Positions 1 through 9,665 of a stretch of DNA of 64,000 bases are shown piece by piece. Location: sequence record LR535910.1; one strand, 5' to 3'. Made by a program: the position numbers and the translations under genes. The notes beneath the pieces are model-generated. The model saw only the letters and a program-made list of their open reading frames with translations, ran no database searches and had not been told where the DNA came from. Positions within the stretch are counted from its first letter, which is position 1, and every line of letters starts with the position of its first letter.

Positions 1-1306
1 TACGTTTTGGTAGCGACGGGAAGATATCGTACATCGAGAAACCTGCCAGAATGGATATTGCCGAAGACAAGTCGTTCGTCTTCTTATCCAGCAACACGAT
101 TAACAAGTTATCCATCATGTTGTATACGGCATATTCGGCAGGGTAGTCCCGTTGTGCTTTTATGTGCCATTGCAGGTTATCTTCATACGGCAGTCCAGGA
201 ATGTCGAGTTTGTGTAAACCGAGTTCGGTGTACAGTATGGCAGATAACTTGTACGAAGGACGTTGCCCTTCGTGGACACGCAACGAACGGAATAACACCA
301 TGGCATCCACACAGTAGAAAGACGCAGTACAGTAGAGTACGTGCCACTGTTGTGACGGTGCTTTGGTGAGTGACTTGGATTCCGTCTTTTTGTTCGCCTG
401 GTCTTCTTTAAACCACAGACGACGGTATTTCTCCGGCACATCCGGATGGTTAAAGACGCCCAGTGGATCGATACCTTCTTTCTGCAAGGTTTCCAACATG
501 CGTGAAATATCGAACTGGTGGTTCCATGCGACCAGCAAATCAGGAAGACGCGGATGAATCTCTTCGAACATCCTGACGATGCACTGCCCTGCCGTAGCGC
601 AGGTATAGGTGAAGATTTTATAACCACTGATAATGTCTTTGGTCTTTGTCACCTTTTCGCCGGTCTTTTTGTCTTTCTCATCGAATTCGATTTTGCTTAA
701 GAGTTCCTGCGCTTTTTTGAGAATGACTTCTTCCGCGTTTTTACCGATGCGGTCCATGTAGTTCTTAGCACCAAAGAAATGGATTTCGTCGTCTAAGATA
801 AATGACACGATCCACGGTTCCTTCGTGCCGTCCATTTCGTTGGTCTCCACGTCGTATACGCAAAGACGGTTAGGGCTGATGTTGTTCGGCCAGCGCTTTA
901 AATATTTCTGTTTAATCCAGCTGGTAATCGGTAAGTCGGCCCAATAAACGTACGGGCTAGTACAGACACGACGCAGGTTCTTTTTCGGGTCAGGGAAACG
1001 TGCACCTAAACCCATCTGCAACGTCTTCGCCATCTGCGCATCTGTAGTCCAGAGTTCTTGACATTTTCCTTTTTCTTCGAACTCTTTTTTCTCCTGGTGG
1101 TTACGATATTCTTCACGGGTAACGTACACCGGACGCTTTAAATTCTCACGCATTACCAAGCGCGGGATAAGCCTGCCATCCTTAGTATGGATGACCTCTT
1201 TGATGAGGACAAAGTCATTTTCTTTTTCTTCGTCCGTCGCATAAGCGACGTGCTTGCACTCTTTAGCGATGACATCCTCGGGTGCGTAATAGGTATTGAT
1301 TTCCAT
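1..1306 (-). CDS. Split family-B DNA polymerase, N-terminal/3'-5' exonuclease subunit (partial, runs off the left edge; phiKZ gp82/SPN3US gp44-like)
   Basis: Translated by hand from ATG at 1306 (MEINTYYAPEDVIAK...), open for 435 codons to the edge. DnaQ-type motifs: ExoI YDVET, ExoII AWNHQFD, ExoIII YNMMD. Absent from the ORF track. Confidence 0.9.
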   Translation of the reverse strand, partial: MEINTYYAPEDVIAKECKHVAYATDEEKENDFVLIKEVIHTKDGRLIPRLVMRENLKRPVYVTREEYRNHQEKKEFEEKGKCQELWTTDAQMAKTLQMGLGARFPDPKKNLRRVCTSPYVYWADLPITSWIKQKYLKRWPNNISPNRLCVYDVETNEMDGTKEPWIVSFILDDEIHFFGAKNYMDRIGKNAEEVILKKAQELLSKIEFDEKDKKTGEKVTKTKDIISGYKIFTYTCATAGQCIVRMFEEIHPRLPDLLVAWNHQFDISRMLETLQKEGIDPLGVFNHPDVPEKYRRLWFKEDQANKKTESKSLTKAPSQQWHVLYCTASFYCVDAMVLFRSLRVHEGQRPSYKLSAILYTELGLHKLDIPGLPYEDNLQWHIKAQRDYPAEYAVYNMMDNLLIVLLDKKTNDLSSAISILAGFSMYDIFPSLPKR

Positions 1307-1376
1307 GGTCTACTCTCAAATATGGTGTCTGCTATACTGATTTGTGGGTAACGTATTTTCTAAAAGGAACGTCTAA

Positions 1377-2726
1377 ATGGGACACTGGCAAAAGCACATA
1401 ACCTCGTTGGCCGACGCGAAAGCCGTGGCCTCGGAATCCATCGGATTCCAAGATAAAAAGAAACTCGCCTCTTTGGCGGAAGTGGTACGTAAGTTCCGTG
1501 ATGCGGGCGACTTCTCGCCAGCGGGTTATCAGAGTTCTGGTATTGCTGCCTGGGTCTTTGACAACAACGGTATTACAGTCCTGCCTCGTAACGGGTCCGA
1601 CTTAGGTGTGGCGGACGTTGTGTTTGCGGGTGTGGAGCCGCCGAAGCTCGATGCGAACAACCCAATCATCGCCGACCTGCAACGCAAGATGGTGCAGGGT
1701 AACACCGACCTGGATGTCTACAGTAAGTTCTTAAAAGAGAACGAACTGAACGGCGAGTTCGACGATAAAAATGCGAAGCTTTCAGGCGAACTCAGCAAGG
1801 TGCCGTCCCCACTTTGGCTGACCCCGAAACTACTGACCAGTATCGACTTAACGGATTTAGAAGTCGCGGCGATTATTCTACATGAAGTCGGCCACGTCTA
1901 TTACTATTTCCGTACCTTGATGCGTACGGTGGTAACGAACCTGATTGCGGATGCTGCAGCGAACCGCATGATGCAAACCGAAGACCCGACAGTGCGTTTG
2001 AAAGTCGTAAAAGACGTTGAACGTATGCTGAACACCAAAGTGAATCAGCCGGAAACTATCTGCAAAGAGATGTCTAAAGAGAACATCTACATGCATCTGG
2101 TGACGGACATTCTGCTTGAGCGTCCATTTGTTACCGGTTCGGAAGGGTTCGCTAACCGTACCTGGGAACGTGCCGCAGATGACTTCGCAGCACGCTTTGG
2201 TGCAGCCCCGTACCTGGCGTCAGCCCTGTACAAAATCGAAACGTCCCAATTCTATCTCTGCCGGAACGCGTCGTACATGAACTACGGTGTGCATCTGATG
2301 CTGGAAATGCTTAACGTTTCGCTGCTGATTGTGGCTTCGACTAATCCAGTTGGCCTGTTCTTCACGACTATCTCGGTGGCGTTCGGTCTGATTGTGAACG
2401 ACCCACGCAACACCATCTACGATCCGCCGCAGGAACGTTTTGAGACGATGCGCCGTAACTTAGTGGAAGAGCTGAACACCTTAAAAGGTAGCACCACGAA
2501 AGAAGCGAACGAACATCGTAAACGTATTCTGCAGGGCATTGCGTCTATCGACGAATTACTGAAAACCGTGAAAGACAAAGACAACGTCTTTAGCTTCATC
2601 ATGAAAACGCTGACCCCTGGCGGTCGCCGTGAGCGCGCTGGTGTGGATTATCAGCGTACGATGGAGCGTTATCTTTCTAATGACCTGCGTGTGGCTTCTG
2701 CGAAGCTCGCCACGGTAAAGTCGTAG
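1377..2726 (+). CDS. Inner head/ejection protein with zinc-metallopeptidase motifs (SPN3US gp45-like)
   Basis: 449 aa; AAGGA RBS; HEVGH (HExxH) and ERAAD (ExxAD) as in M48-type zincins; hydrophobic stretch; ASE candidate cleavage site; TATG at 1321 upstream. Confidence 0.75.
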   Translation: MGHWQKHITSLADAKAVASESIGFQDKKKLASLAEVVRKFRDAGDFSPAGYQSSGIAAWVFDNNGITVLPRNGSDLGVADVVFAGVEPPKLDANNPIIADLQRKMVQGNTDLDVYSKFLKENELNGEFDDKNAKLSGELSKVPSPLWLTPKLLTSIDLTDLEVAAIILHEVGHVYYYFRTLMRTVVTNLIADAAANRMMQTEDPTVRLKVVKDVERMLNTKVNQPETICKEMSKENIYMHLVTDILLERPFVTGSEGFANRTWERAADDFAARFGAAPYLASALYKIETSQFYLCRNASYMNYGVHLMLEMLNVSLLIVASTNPVGLFFTTISVAFGLIVNDPRNTIYDPPQERFETMRRNLVEELNTLKGSTTKEANEHRKRILQGIASIDELLKTVKDKDNVFSFIMKTLTPGGRRERAGVDYQRTMERYLSNDLRVASAKLATVKS

Positions 2727-2752
2727 GGGAATCTTCGTCCACAGCACCACGC

Positions 2753-3190
2753 GTGTTGTGGGTGATGCTGCCGTACCACTGGAAGGTGCTGTCAGCCAGT
2801 CAGATTGACCGTGACTTATACGGCGACCGTATTGGAACTGACACACCGACCCTCGAAGCGTATGCGACGCGCGCAGAGGCGGTTAAAGCGGGCATCGAGT
2901 ACGCCTGTCGAACTAATCGTTCATCGGCACCGGGGCAGCCTATCGCTTCCGTACGCGTACAACAGCGCGGCAACGTGCTATTGTTGAAATCGAACGGTTA
3001 CTGGAACAATATTTCGATGCAGGACAGCTTGCATCTGTATCGGATTGATCCTAGTAAATGCTCTGAACCCTGGCAGCAAGCCTACGAAGGTTCCCCCGAA
3101 TATTACACACGTGGCGTGACAGACTACGAAGAAGTCTACTTCGACACGATTCACAACCACATCAAAGAAGCCGGTCTTACCGTTTCTTAA
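2753..3190 (+). CDS. Hypothetical protein (start uncertain, 2753 or 2765)
   Basis: 145 aa ORF filling the gap between two head genes on the same strand. Confidence 0.7.
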   Translation: MLWVMLPYHWKVLSASQIDRDLYGDRIGTDTPTLEAYATRAEAVKAGIEYACRTNRSSAPGQPIASVRVQQRGNVLLLKSNGYWNNISMQDSLHLYRIDPSKCSEPWQQAYEGSPEYYTRGVTDYEEVYFDTIHNHIKEAGLTVS

Positions 3191-3205
3191 GTAAGGGTAC
3201 TTAAC

Positions 3206-3649
3206 ATGACGCATAAAGTTTCTTTAAATAACCTGGTACTGGATTTCAAACGTACCAACGAAGGGAAAGGTGTACACGCCCAGCGTGCTTTGACCGGTCT
3301 GGTTGCTTTCTCACTGGCGTATAACGCGGTATTGGCTGACAATGGCCAATATGGCGCTGCAGAGGCCGCTGGGACGTTTTTACGTCCGGTAATGCGTAAT
3401 ATCGTCTCTGACGTTAACGAGCTGTACTGTGTTGATTTAGGCGTGATTGAGGACATGACCGTGGGTCTGTACTGCAATCGTTACTGCAACGTGTATGGCG
3501 GCGCTAAAGCTCTGGAAAGTTTCTCAGTTCGTGAGATTTTCAACCAGGCACTCGGGGAAGATATCTGGGAAACCGTCGGTCTGTGGATTAGCCGCTTTAT
3601 GGAAGTGGTTGGTTTCTACATGGCAGAACTGAAAGGGCAGATTTCATGA
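3206..3649 (+). CDS. Small head protein (SPN3US gp46-like)
   Basis: 147 aa; AAGGG RBS; ATGA overlap with next gene; synteny. Confidence 0.7.
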   Translation: MTHKVSLNNLVLDFKRTNEGKGVHAQRALTGLVAFSLAYNAVLADNGQYGAAEAAGTFLRPVMRNIVSDVNELYCVDLGVIEDMTVGLYCNRYCNVYGGAKALESFSVREIFNQALGEDIWETVGLWISRFMEVVGFYMAELKGQIS

Positions 3650-5379
3650 GCATGGAAATGACAGGTAACGCCACCCACCCCAAATGGCGTTTGGGGGAGA
3701 TCGGTGAAGTCCTGCGTTCACGTATGGCCGAGCGTATTGATTCTGTCAACCAGCTCAATCTGTACATGCAACGCAACGAAGCCGACTTAATCTACGGCTC
3801 TCGACTGATTCTGCAAATCGACGCGATTCTTGATGAGGTGCGACGCGCGGGATTGTCGAAAGATGTCGCTGTCGCTGTTGAATCTTCTCGCCCAGGCACA
3901 ATTCCCGAAGCTGTCCGCAAAATCCTGACCTCTAACTATACCCGCACGCACCAGAAAGAGACTATTGTTGCGCTCGAATCCTGGGCAAATGCAGGTAAAG
4001 TGGGATTGGTTGTGTTAATCATGACCGCGATTATCAAAATCATCGGTTGGATTATCAGCAACGGTAACGGGTTTGCTGGTAATGGCGAATTCGACGGCGA
4101 AGGTTACGCTGAGAAAGTCGGCGAAAAAGCAGAGAGTTTCTCCCAGACCGAAAACACTATCATCGGTCAGCTGAAAATCAGCGCAGTGAAAGATGCATAC
4201 ATCGAAGCCTCTAAGGGTCTGAAAGGTCGCGACCTGGAAAACCTGAACTTGGCTATCGCGATGGCCGACGAAGTGTTTACGAACATGAACGCGGAAGAGT
4301 ATCTGAACGACTTGAGCAGCGCGCTGGGTCGTTCGCCGTTCACTGAATTGTTCAAAGGTTACACTAAGAAACGCCAATCGAGCCAGCAGGTTATTCACGA
4401 CCTGTTAGATACCCTGTTACAACACAACGTAACTTACGGTATCTATCCGATTGAGGTGGGTAAGAAAGCCTGGCAGGCATTGCCGAAGTCTGCGCGTGAA
4501 GCCGGTGTGCGTATTCCGAACCTGTTGAACTTCCAACAGATGTCGAATGTTGCCAGCGAACTTATCGGCTACTTTGGCTCCCTCCAAAGTGCCTTTAAAG
4601 CAATGATCGACCCAAGCGTTGCCGAGGGTTTTAAGAATCAGCAAGGTTCAACCACTACCCATAACGGTAAGCAGGTCAATAAAGCAGCACACGACACCGC
4701 GCTTATCTTCGGCCAGGCGTTAGCGCAGCTGAACACCACGATGAACTTCATCATCAGCGACGTTTCCCGCAAAGGATTCGAATACGCTACTGCACCTTTG
4801 GTCGTTATCCCAGAAAACAAAGTTCGCGGTTTAGTGGGTCATGACGATGGTGTGGACTTCGTGCCTGGTAAAGTGTTGGTTAATGCACAAGCATCGGCGT
4901 TCTTGGGACGCGAGTGCTTAGAGCATATGCGCCAAGCGGGCACGTTATCGGTTGGTGACGAACGTGAGCTGCTGGCCGTGGTGGTAACGCTAGGTAAACA
5001 AGGTTTTACCAACGACACCGCCGCGACTAACCTGAACCGTTACAGTGCACTGGATAAGGCGGTTAATAACACGATTAAAGTGTTGGAGCAGTTCCAGAAA
5101 GCAACCAAGGATAACGCTGAATACGTTAACCTGATTAGCGAAGTCATTATGAACGAGCTTAATCAACCTTCTGGTCTGCGCACCGACGGTCGTGAACTCT
5201 CGATGGTGTTATTCTCCCCAGACGGTGATGAAGACCTCTTCGTCGGCTTGCGTCGTAACCTGTCGTTGGTGCGTCGTTGTTGCGGTGCTGCCGCTACACT
5301 GCAGACGATACTGAACCTGGCCAAACGTAACCCGTTGGTGAAAGGCAATAATCGCAAAAACATGCTTGACGGCGAATAA
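3646..5379 (+). CDS. Inner head/ejection protein (SPN3US gp47-like)
   Basis: 577 aa; AVE and ALE candidate maturation sites followed by hydrophobic helix VGLVVLIMTAIIKIIGWII; synteny. Confidence 0.75.
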   Translation: MSMEMTGNATHPKWRLGEIGEVLRSRMAERIDSVNQLNLYMQRNEADLIYGSRLILQIDAILDEVRRAGLSKDVAVAVESSRPGTIPEAVRKILTSNYTRTHQKETIVALESWANAGKVGLVVLIMTAIIKIIGWIISNGNGFAGNGEFDGEGYAEKVGEKAESFSQTENTIIGQLKISAVKDAYIEASKGLKGRDLENLNLAIAMADEVFTNMNAEEYLNDLSSALGRSPFTELFKGYTKKRQSSQQVIHDLLDTLLQHNVTYGIYPIEVGKKAWQALPKSAREAGVRIPNLLNFQQMSNVASELIGYFGSLQSAFKAMIDPSVAEGFKNQQGSTTTHNGKQVNKAAHDTALIFGQALAQLNTTMNFIISDVSRKGFEYATAPLVVIPENKVRGLVGHDDGVDFVPGKVLVNAQASAFLGRECLEHMRQAGTLSVGDERELLAVVVTLGKQGFTNDTAATNLNRYSALDKAVNNTIKVLEQFQKATKDNAEYVNLISEVIMNELNQPSGLRTDGRELSMVLFSPDGDEDLFVGLRRNLSLVRRCCGAAATLQTILNLAKRNPLVKGNNRKNMLDGE

Positions 5380-5380
5380 A

Positions 5381-5430
5381 ATAAAAGGCTACCCTCTCCT
5401 TCGGGAGAGGGTAGTGCTTTTTATTCTTTT
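5381..5430. terminator. Bidirectional intrinsic terminator between convergent genes
   Basis: Stem GCTACCCTCTCC-TTCG-GGAGAGGGTAGT (5388-5415), A-tract before and T-tract after. Confidence 0.9.
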
Positions 5431-8381
5431 TCGGTATCGTGACGGTTGTACGACAGTACGATGTCATCTTTCAAACCGATGTCGCCATTGGCTTCAATAT
5501 CGAGCTTCTTACCAATTGTAGCTCGCGCTGCTTCGGTAATGACAGTGAACAGTCGCAGGTCTTTATCTGGCCCCATGTCGTCGAGTTCAACACCGATAAT
5601 GGCATCGTTAAGCGTATTGCGTAACGCATTACCGATCTCGGTTGCTGAAACGGTCAGATGTGTTGACAGATAGTCGTTAATGACTTGCGAAGTCCGTTTC
5701 CGGATTTGTGCCAGAAGCTCGCTGTTTGCTCGGTTCGCTGCCGTGAGGTAATATTTGACAGTGAACTGGTTTTCAGCAGGCAGTGGTGACACAACCCCGT
5801 CTTCGGTACGTACGTCGATATAACCCATCGTAGTGATAGGAACAAAGAAACCTTCAGTTTGCTCCAACAGCAGCGGTTTCAGATTCGGCAGTACCACCGT
5901 AACGTAGTTGATGATATTGTCAATCACGCTATCAAGGTACGCTTTAACCGCTTTCGAGGTTGCGAACTTATAACGAGCATCGAAGACAGCCATTTCACTA
6001 CGGAACTTAATACTGCGCGGCTTCGCAATAATAGGCTGACCGTTCCCGTCGAAGATTTGTTCCCCAACGTGGTGTGCGATTTCTTGCTCACCGGTGGCCG
6101 GGTCTATTTTCGGATCGCCTTTGCGATGCAGATACGTGATTTGCAACGGTGGAACAGCATCAGGGTCGTACGTGTACTCAGGCGTTACGCCATCGTCTTT
6201 GGTTTTAATAACATCCTTTTCCCAATACGCCAGAACGTCCTCCTGGTAGTATTCGTAGTTGATGCTGTCCGTTACTGCACGTGCTTTTCGCCAGTAATAG
6301 GACATGGCTTTACCCAGCTCGATTTTGAAAATCTCATGAGTAATCCCAATACCATCGCGCGCAGGTGGTACAATCATTGTATCCATTTCAGCACGTTCGT
6401 AATTACCGGGGTAGTAACCCGTACAGCCGTAGAACACGTTATACTCGGTTAACAACGGTGCAGGTGTGTCCACATCCACTTCGGTGGTGATTCGGGTGTT
6501 GTTGATAATCAGCTCATCGTTACGGTCAACGTCGAGATTGGTTTTCAACAAGAATTCCCATACACGCTCCGAACCTTGACGACCCACTAAGGTGCCGTTG
6601 ATGTACGCCAGCTTACCGTCTGCGTTGCGTGGCGAGAAGGAAATCTGCGCAAAGACTTGGTCATCACTTAACGCCTGGTATGGCGGTTCTGATTTAGTCA
6701 CAGTGCGCAGGATATAACCTTCGGCCGTTTTCTCAATCTGATAATCTGCAGTGACAACACTCAGCTCCGTTGTCACGTTGGTGCTAACGAAACGTTTTGA
6801 GTTCAACTGCGGTTTATCGAGTTGGTAAATACGAACATCGCAAGATTTGTTGTTAATGTCCACCACGTAATGGAACGGCGTGAACAGGTAACGGTTAGTG
6901 TTACCCGCGTTAACCAAATCTTCTTTACGCATGGTCTTCGCAAGGATGGTCATCTCCGCATCGATTTGCAGACTGGTATCCGTAAAGCGATACAGTGTAT
7001 CTGGCTCAATTGTCAAACGGTTGCCGTTAATACGGACCGTCGGCAGTTTCACCAGTTCATCCCAGCTAAAGTACAGCGGGGCGGTGATGGTCCCGATAGG
7101 GGAACTCACTTTAGATAACGTGGACTCCGGCATCGGCGCAGTCAGGAAGTAAGTACGCCCAGTTACGTAGTCGTTTGGCTTAGACAAGGTCAGGCCGTAA
7201 TCCGATACCGTGGCTTCTAACTGTTTCTCTGTTACTGGCAGTTTGCGAATCCCCACTGCATTGTTTACCACACGGTCACGCAACTCATCAAACGAAAGTT
7301 GTGTACGCCCCCCGGTGGCGTAACTGCCTTCTTCCGCAACCAGCATTTTGATGGAGAATGATTTCAACGGGTTGATATATCCCGCATCGTATTCACCGTT
7401 CAAGTCGCGCAATGAGAAGGTGTACTCGTCCGCCGGAAATGCAGAAACGTCGAGGTCGAGTGGCCCGATGGTCGTATATACGTCCATGCGGATTTCACCA
7501 CTTACCAGGTTCTTCGCCATGTAGATAGACGGTATCGTACAACGAATGGACTGGTTAACGACTTGAATCAGCGCCGTAGGCGTGTTTGGATCGTAAACGT
7601 CACGACTGTGCGTGTGGTGGATTTCTGTCCAGGTGTTTGAATTGGACGGTTTATTCCACACCCGTGCGTAGAAGAACTTGTTGGTGAACGTGCGCGTCAT
7701 CACAAAAGTGTTCTGCCCCAACAACGTATCGTTCTCGTCCTTTACACTGTACTGCATCACCGGAATACGGATAGCCAGTATCTGCGACGGTGTGCTAGGA
7801 ACACTTGTCAGTTCCCAGTCCAACGCGTTAGTGGTTACGGGCGATATCGGTGACTGAGTTTCGGTAATCCACAAGACCTGGAAGGCTGGATTATCAACGG
7901 TACCATACGGCAGCACTCGAATTTCGATGGGATACTGAATGGCAAAGTTGTAACCTGAAACAGTAAAGATGGTATCCCGTGGAATCACGACTTTACGAAT
8001 ACCTGCCACGTTTAACGGCATCGCCTTCGCTAATAGAGAGTCGACATCTAGAAGCAGAAGTAAGGTCGCTTGTGATGGCTGGGCAAAAACATCGACATAA
8101 TCCACGTCAGACATGTGGCGGAACAGATCATCGTGAGTTTGTGCCATAGAGGGGAACATTTTCGGAATGGTGTCCCGATCGCCCTGGATAATAGTGTGGC
8201 CCATCGTAATTCCGACCTCGGTCATGTAGACCACCGGGTCGGTCGGGTCACGTAGCAGGATTTGCCCGTCGGCGTCCTGCACGTCTTGGAGCTGGTTCAG
8301 CATTAATGACTGCATTGCTGACGGGTTATGTGCCATCAGCAGCAAGTCTTTCGATAATGCGTCGTACGTTTTCGTAGTCAT
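5421..8381 (-). CDS. Large virion structural protein, probable baseplate wedge (SPN3US gp48/phiKZ gp87-like)
   Basis: 986 aa, beta-rich; size and position match recalled synteny. Confidence 0.7.
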   Translation of the reverse strand: MTTKTYDALSKDLLLMAHNPSAMQSLMLNQLQDVQDADGQILLRDPTDPVVYMTEVGITMGHTIIQGDRDTIPKMFPSMAQTHDDLFRHMSDVDYVDVFAQPSQATLLLLLDVDSLLAKAMPLNVAGIRKVVIPRDTIFTVSGYNFAIQYPIEIRVLPYGTVDNPAFQVLWITETQSPISPVTTNALDWELTSVPSTPSQILAIRIPVMQYSVKDENDTLLGQNTFVMTRTFTNKFFYARVWNKPSNSNTWTEIHHTHSRDVYDPNTPTALIQVVNQSIRCTIPSIYMAKNLVSGEIRMDVYTTIGPLDLDVSAFPADEYTFSLRDLNGEYDAGYINPLKSFSIKMLVAEEGSYATGGRTQLSFDELRDRVVNNAVGIRKLPVTEKQLEATVSDYGLTLSKPNDYVTGRTYFLTAPMPESTLSKVSSPIGTITAPLYFSWDELVKLPTVRINGNRLTIEPDTLYRFTDTSLQIDAEMTILAKTMRKEDLVNAGNTNRYLFTPFHYVVDINNKSCDVRIYQLDKPQLNSKRFVSTNVTTELSVVTADYQIEKTAEGYILRTVTKSEPPYQALSDDQVFAQISFSPRNADGKLAYINGTLVGRQGSERVWEFLLKTNLDVDRNDELIINNTRITTEVDVDTPAPLLTEYNVFYGCTGYYPGNYERAEMDTMIVPPARDGIGITHEIFKIELGKAMSYYWRKARAVTDSINYEYYQEDVLAYWEKDVIKTKDDGVTPEYTYDPDAVPPLQITYLHRKGDPKIDPATGEQEIAHHVGEQIFDGNGQPIIAKPRSIKFRSEMAVFDARYKFATSKAVKAYLDSVIDNIINYVTVVLPNLKPLLLEQTEGFFVPITTMGYIDVRTEDGVVSPLPAENQFTVKYYLTAANRANSELLAQIRKRTSQVINDYLSTHLTVSATEIGNALRNTLNDAIIGVELDDMGPDKDLRLFTVITEAARATIGKKLDIEANGDIGLKDDIVLSYNRHDTEKE

Positions 8382-9640
8382 TACAGTAAGCCCGCTCGTT
8401 TAAGGATGAATTGGTAATCTGCCTGATAAACATACCAGGTCAGTTTACGACGCAGGGAGTCGATGTGCGGATAGCCGTAGTAGTTGAACAGCGGTAGTAG
8501 CTGTGGTGCAATCGGCACAAGCTGGTCTTCAGCAATCGGGATAAAGTTGCCCGCTGCAACACTCCCTGGTTGCGGCATCATATCCGGGTTAAACATAGAC
8601 ACCGTCAAGTTGAACATCTCCATGTACAATGGGTCATCGAAGCGCGCCCCGATACATTGCCAGTTGAGGTTAATTGTGGTGTCGTCATTTAATTGAGGCT
8701 TGGTGTTATCGACATTCGCCATTTGACCGGCGTTATCGTTCATCGGCCAACAAACACACGCTGTCCAGAAACGAGTGATGTTTCCGAGCGCGTCGTATTT
8801 AAACCCGTACATCCTCGACTGGTAGTCAATGCGGCGTTGGATGGAGTTACGCATCTTCGGTTTGAACTTACCCATCTTAATGCCGGACATATACTCCAGC
8901 CACACGCCCATCATTCGCATGATAGGGTTGCCGTATGGGTTGTTCAGCGACATCGACATACTGTACTGGTTATTGATTTCATGTGTGGAGTCAACCATAC
9001 CCCACTGTTCGCGCATTAAACCTTCTTCAGACATCCAGTTATCGACAGACTGGTCAGGCATCCCCGAGAGGCTCAGCATCTGCGTACTCAGCAATGGTAT
9101 GAATGCCTGAAGATTGTCAAACATAATGTCCTTCATGAATGGCGTGCCCAAACGGTTCTTTCTTCGCCCATCTTCCATCGGTGAATCAGAGAACCCCAAT
9201 TCAAAATCTGGGTCTAACGCTGCCAGAATGGAATAGTCGAGTGACGATTTCGGCTGAGAAGCCATGTTCGACATCTTGCGCGAGTTGGCAATGTTGTCAA
9301 AGCACAAGTTGAAGTCAGGGCGGGTAATGAAGGTTAGGCCACCGTACTCACGGTTAACAGGCGTCGGGTTCGACGCCATCATATGGTTGAACCCCATGTA
9401 GGGGTTGGTCACACGCTGCGCAGCCAGACCCAAACCTAACGTAAGACGGATACGGTCATTCCAACCCGATAACTCATCATTAACGTTGTACGCCGTGGTG
9501 GGTTTCGCATCGGACAGTCGACGGTCAAAGTAGTCGGCGACCGATGGTACTGCATCGATATTATTCGGGTTTTGATACGAATTGTCGTAGTCGGTATTCG
9601 GGTCATACCCCGGATCGTTCTTATCGGTCTCGTTACTCAT
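8381..9640 (-). CDS. Virion structural protein, possible tail-tube-fold/tube initiator (SPN3US gp49/phiKZ gp88-like)
   Basis: 419 aa from ATG 9640 (GGAG 6 nt upstream); FITRPDFNL and LSLSGMPD segments resemble tube-like proteins; stop overlaps next start. Confidence 0.65.
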   Translation of the reverse strand: MSNETDKNDPGYDPNTDYDNSYQNPNNIDAVPSVADYFDRRLSDAKPTTAYNVNDELSGWNDRIRLTLGLGLAAQRVTNPYMGFNHMMASNPTPVNREYGGLTFITRPDFNLCFDNIANSRKMSNMASQPKSSLDYSILAALDPDFELGFSDSPMEDGRRKNRLGTPFMKDIMFDNLQAFIPLLSTQMLSLSGMPDQSVDNWMSEEGLMREQWGMVDSTHEINNQYSMSMSLNNPYGNPIMRMMGVWLEYMSGIKMGKFKPKMRNSIQRRIDYQSRMYGFKYDALGNITRFWTACVCWPMNDNAGQMANVDNTKPQLNDDTTINLNWQCIGARFDDPLYMEMFNLTVSMFNPDMMPQPGSVAAGNFIPIAEDQLVPIAPQLLPLFNYYGYPHIDSLRRKLTWYVYQADYQFILKRAGLL

Positions 9641-9665
9641 CATTAACTCCGGAGTTTAGTTAAAA

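Noticed and set aside
7-700. Track ORFs 7-369, 160-627, 363-557, 518-700
   Set aside because: All overlap the real minus-strand polymerase frame (1-1306) and are alternative-frame artefacts
5859-6452. 197-aa plus-strand ORF within the baseplate gene (also 10029-10685 on minus)
   Set aside because: Antisense shadow; no RBS or recognisable motifs
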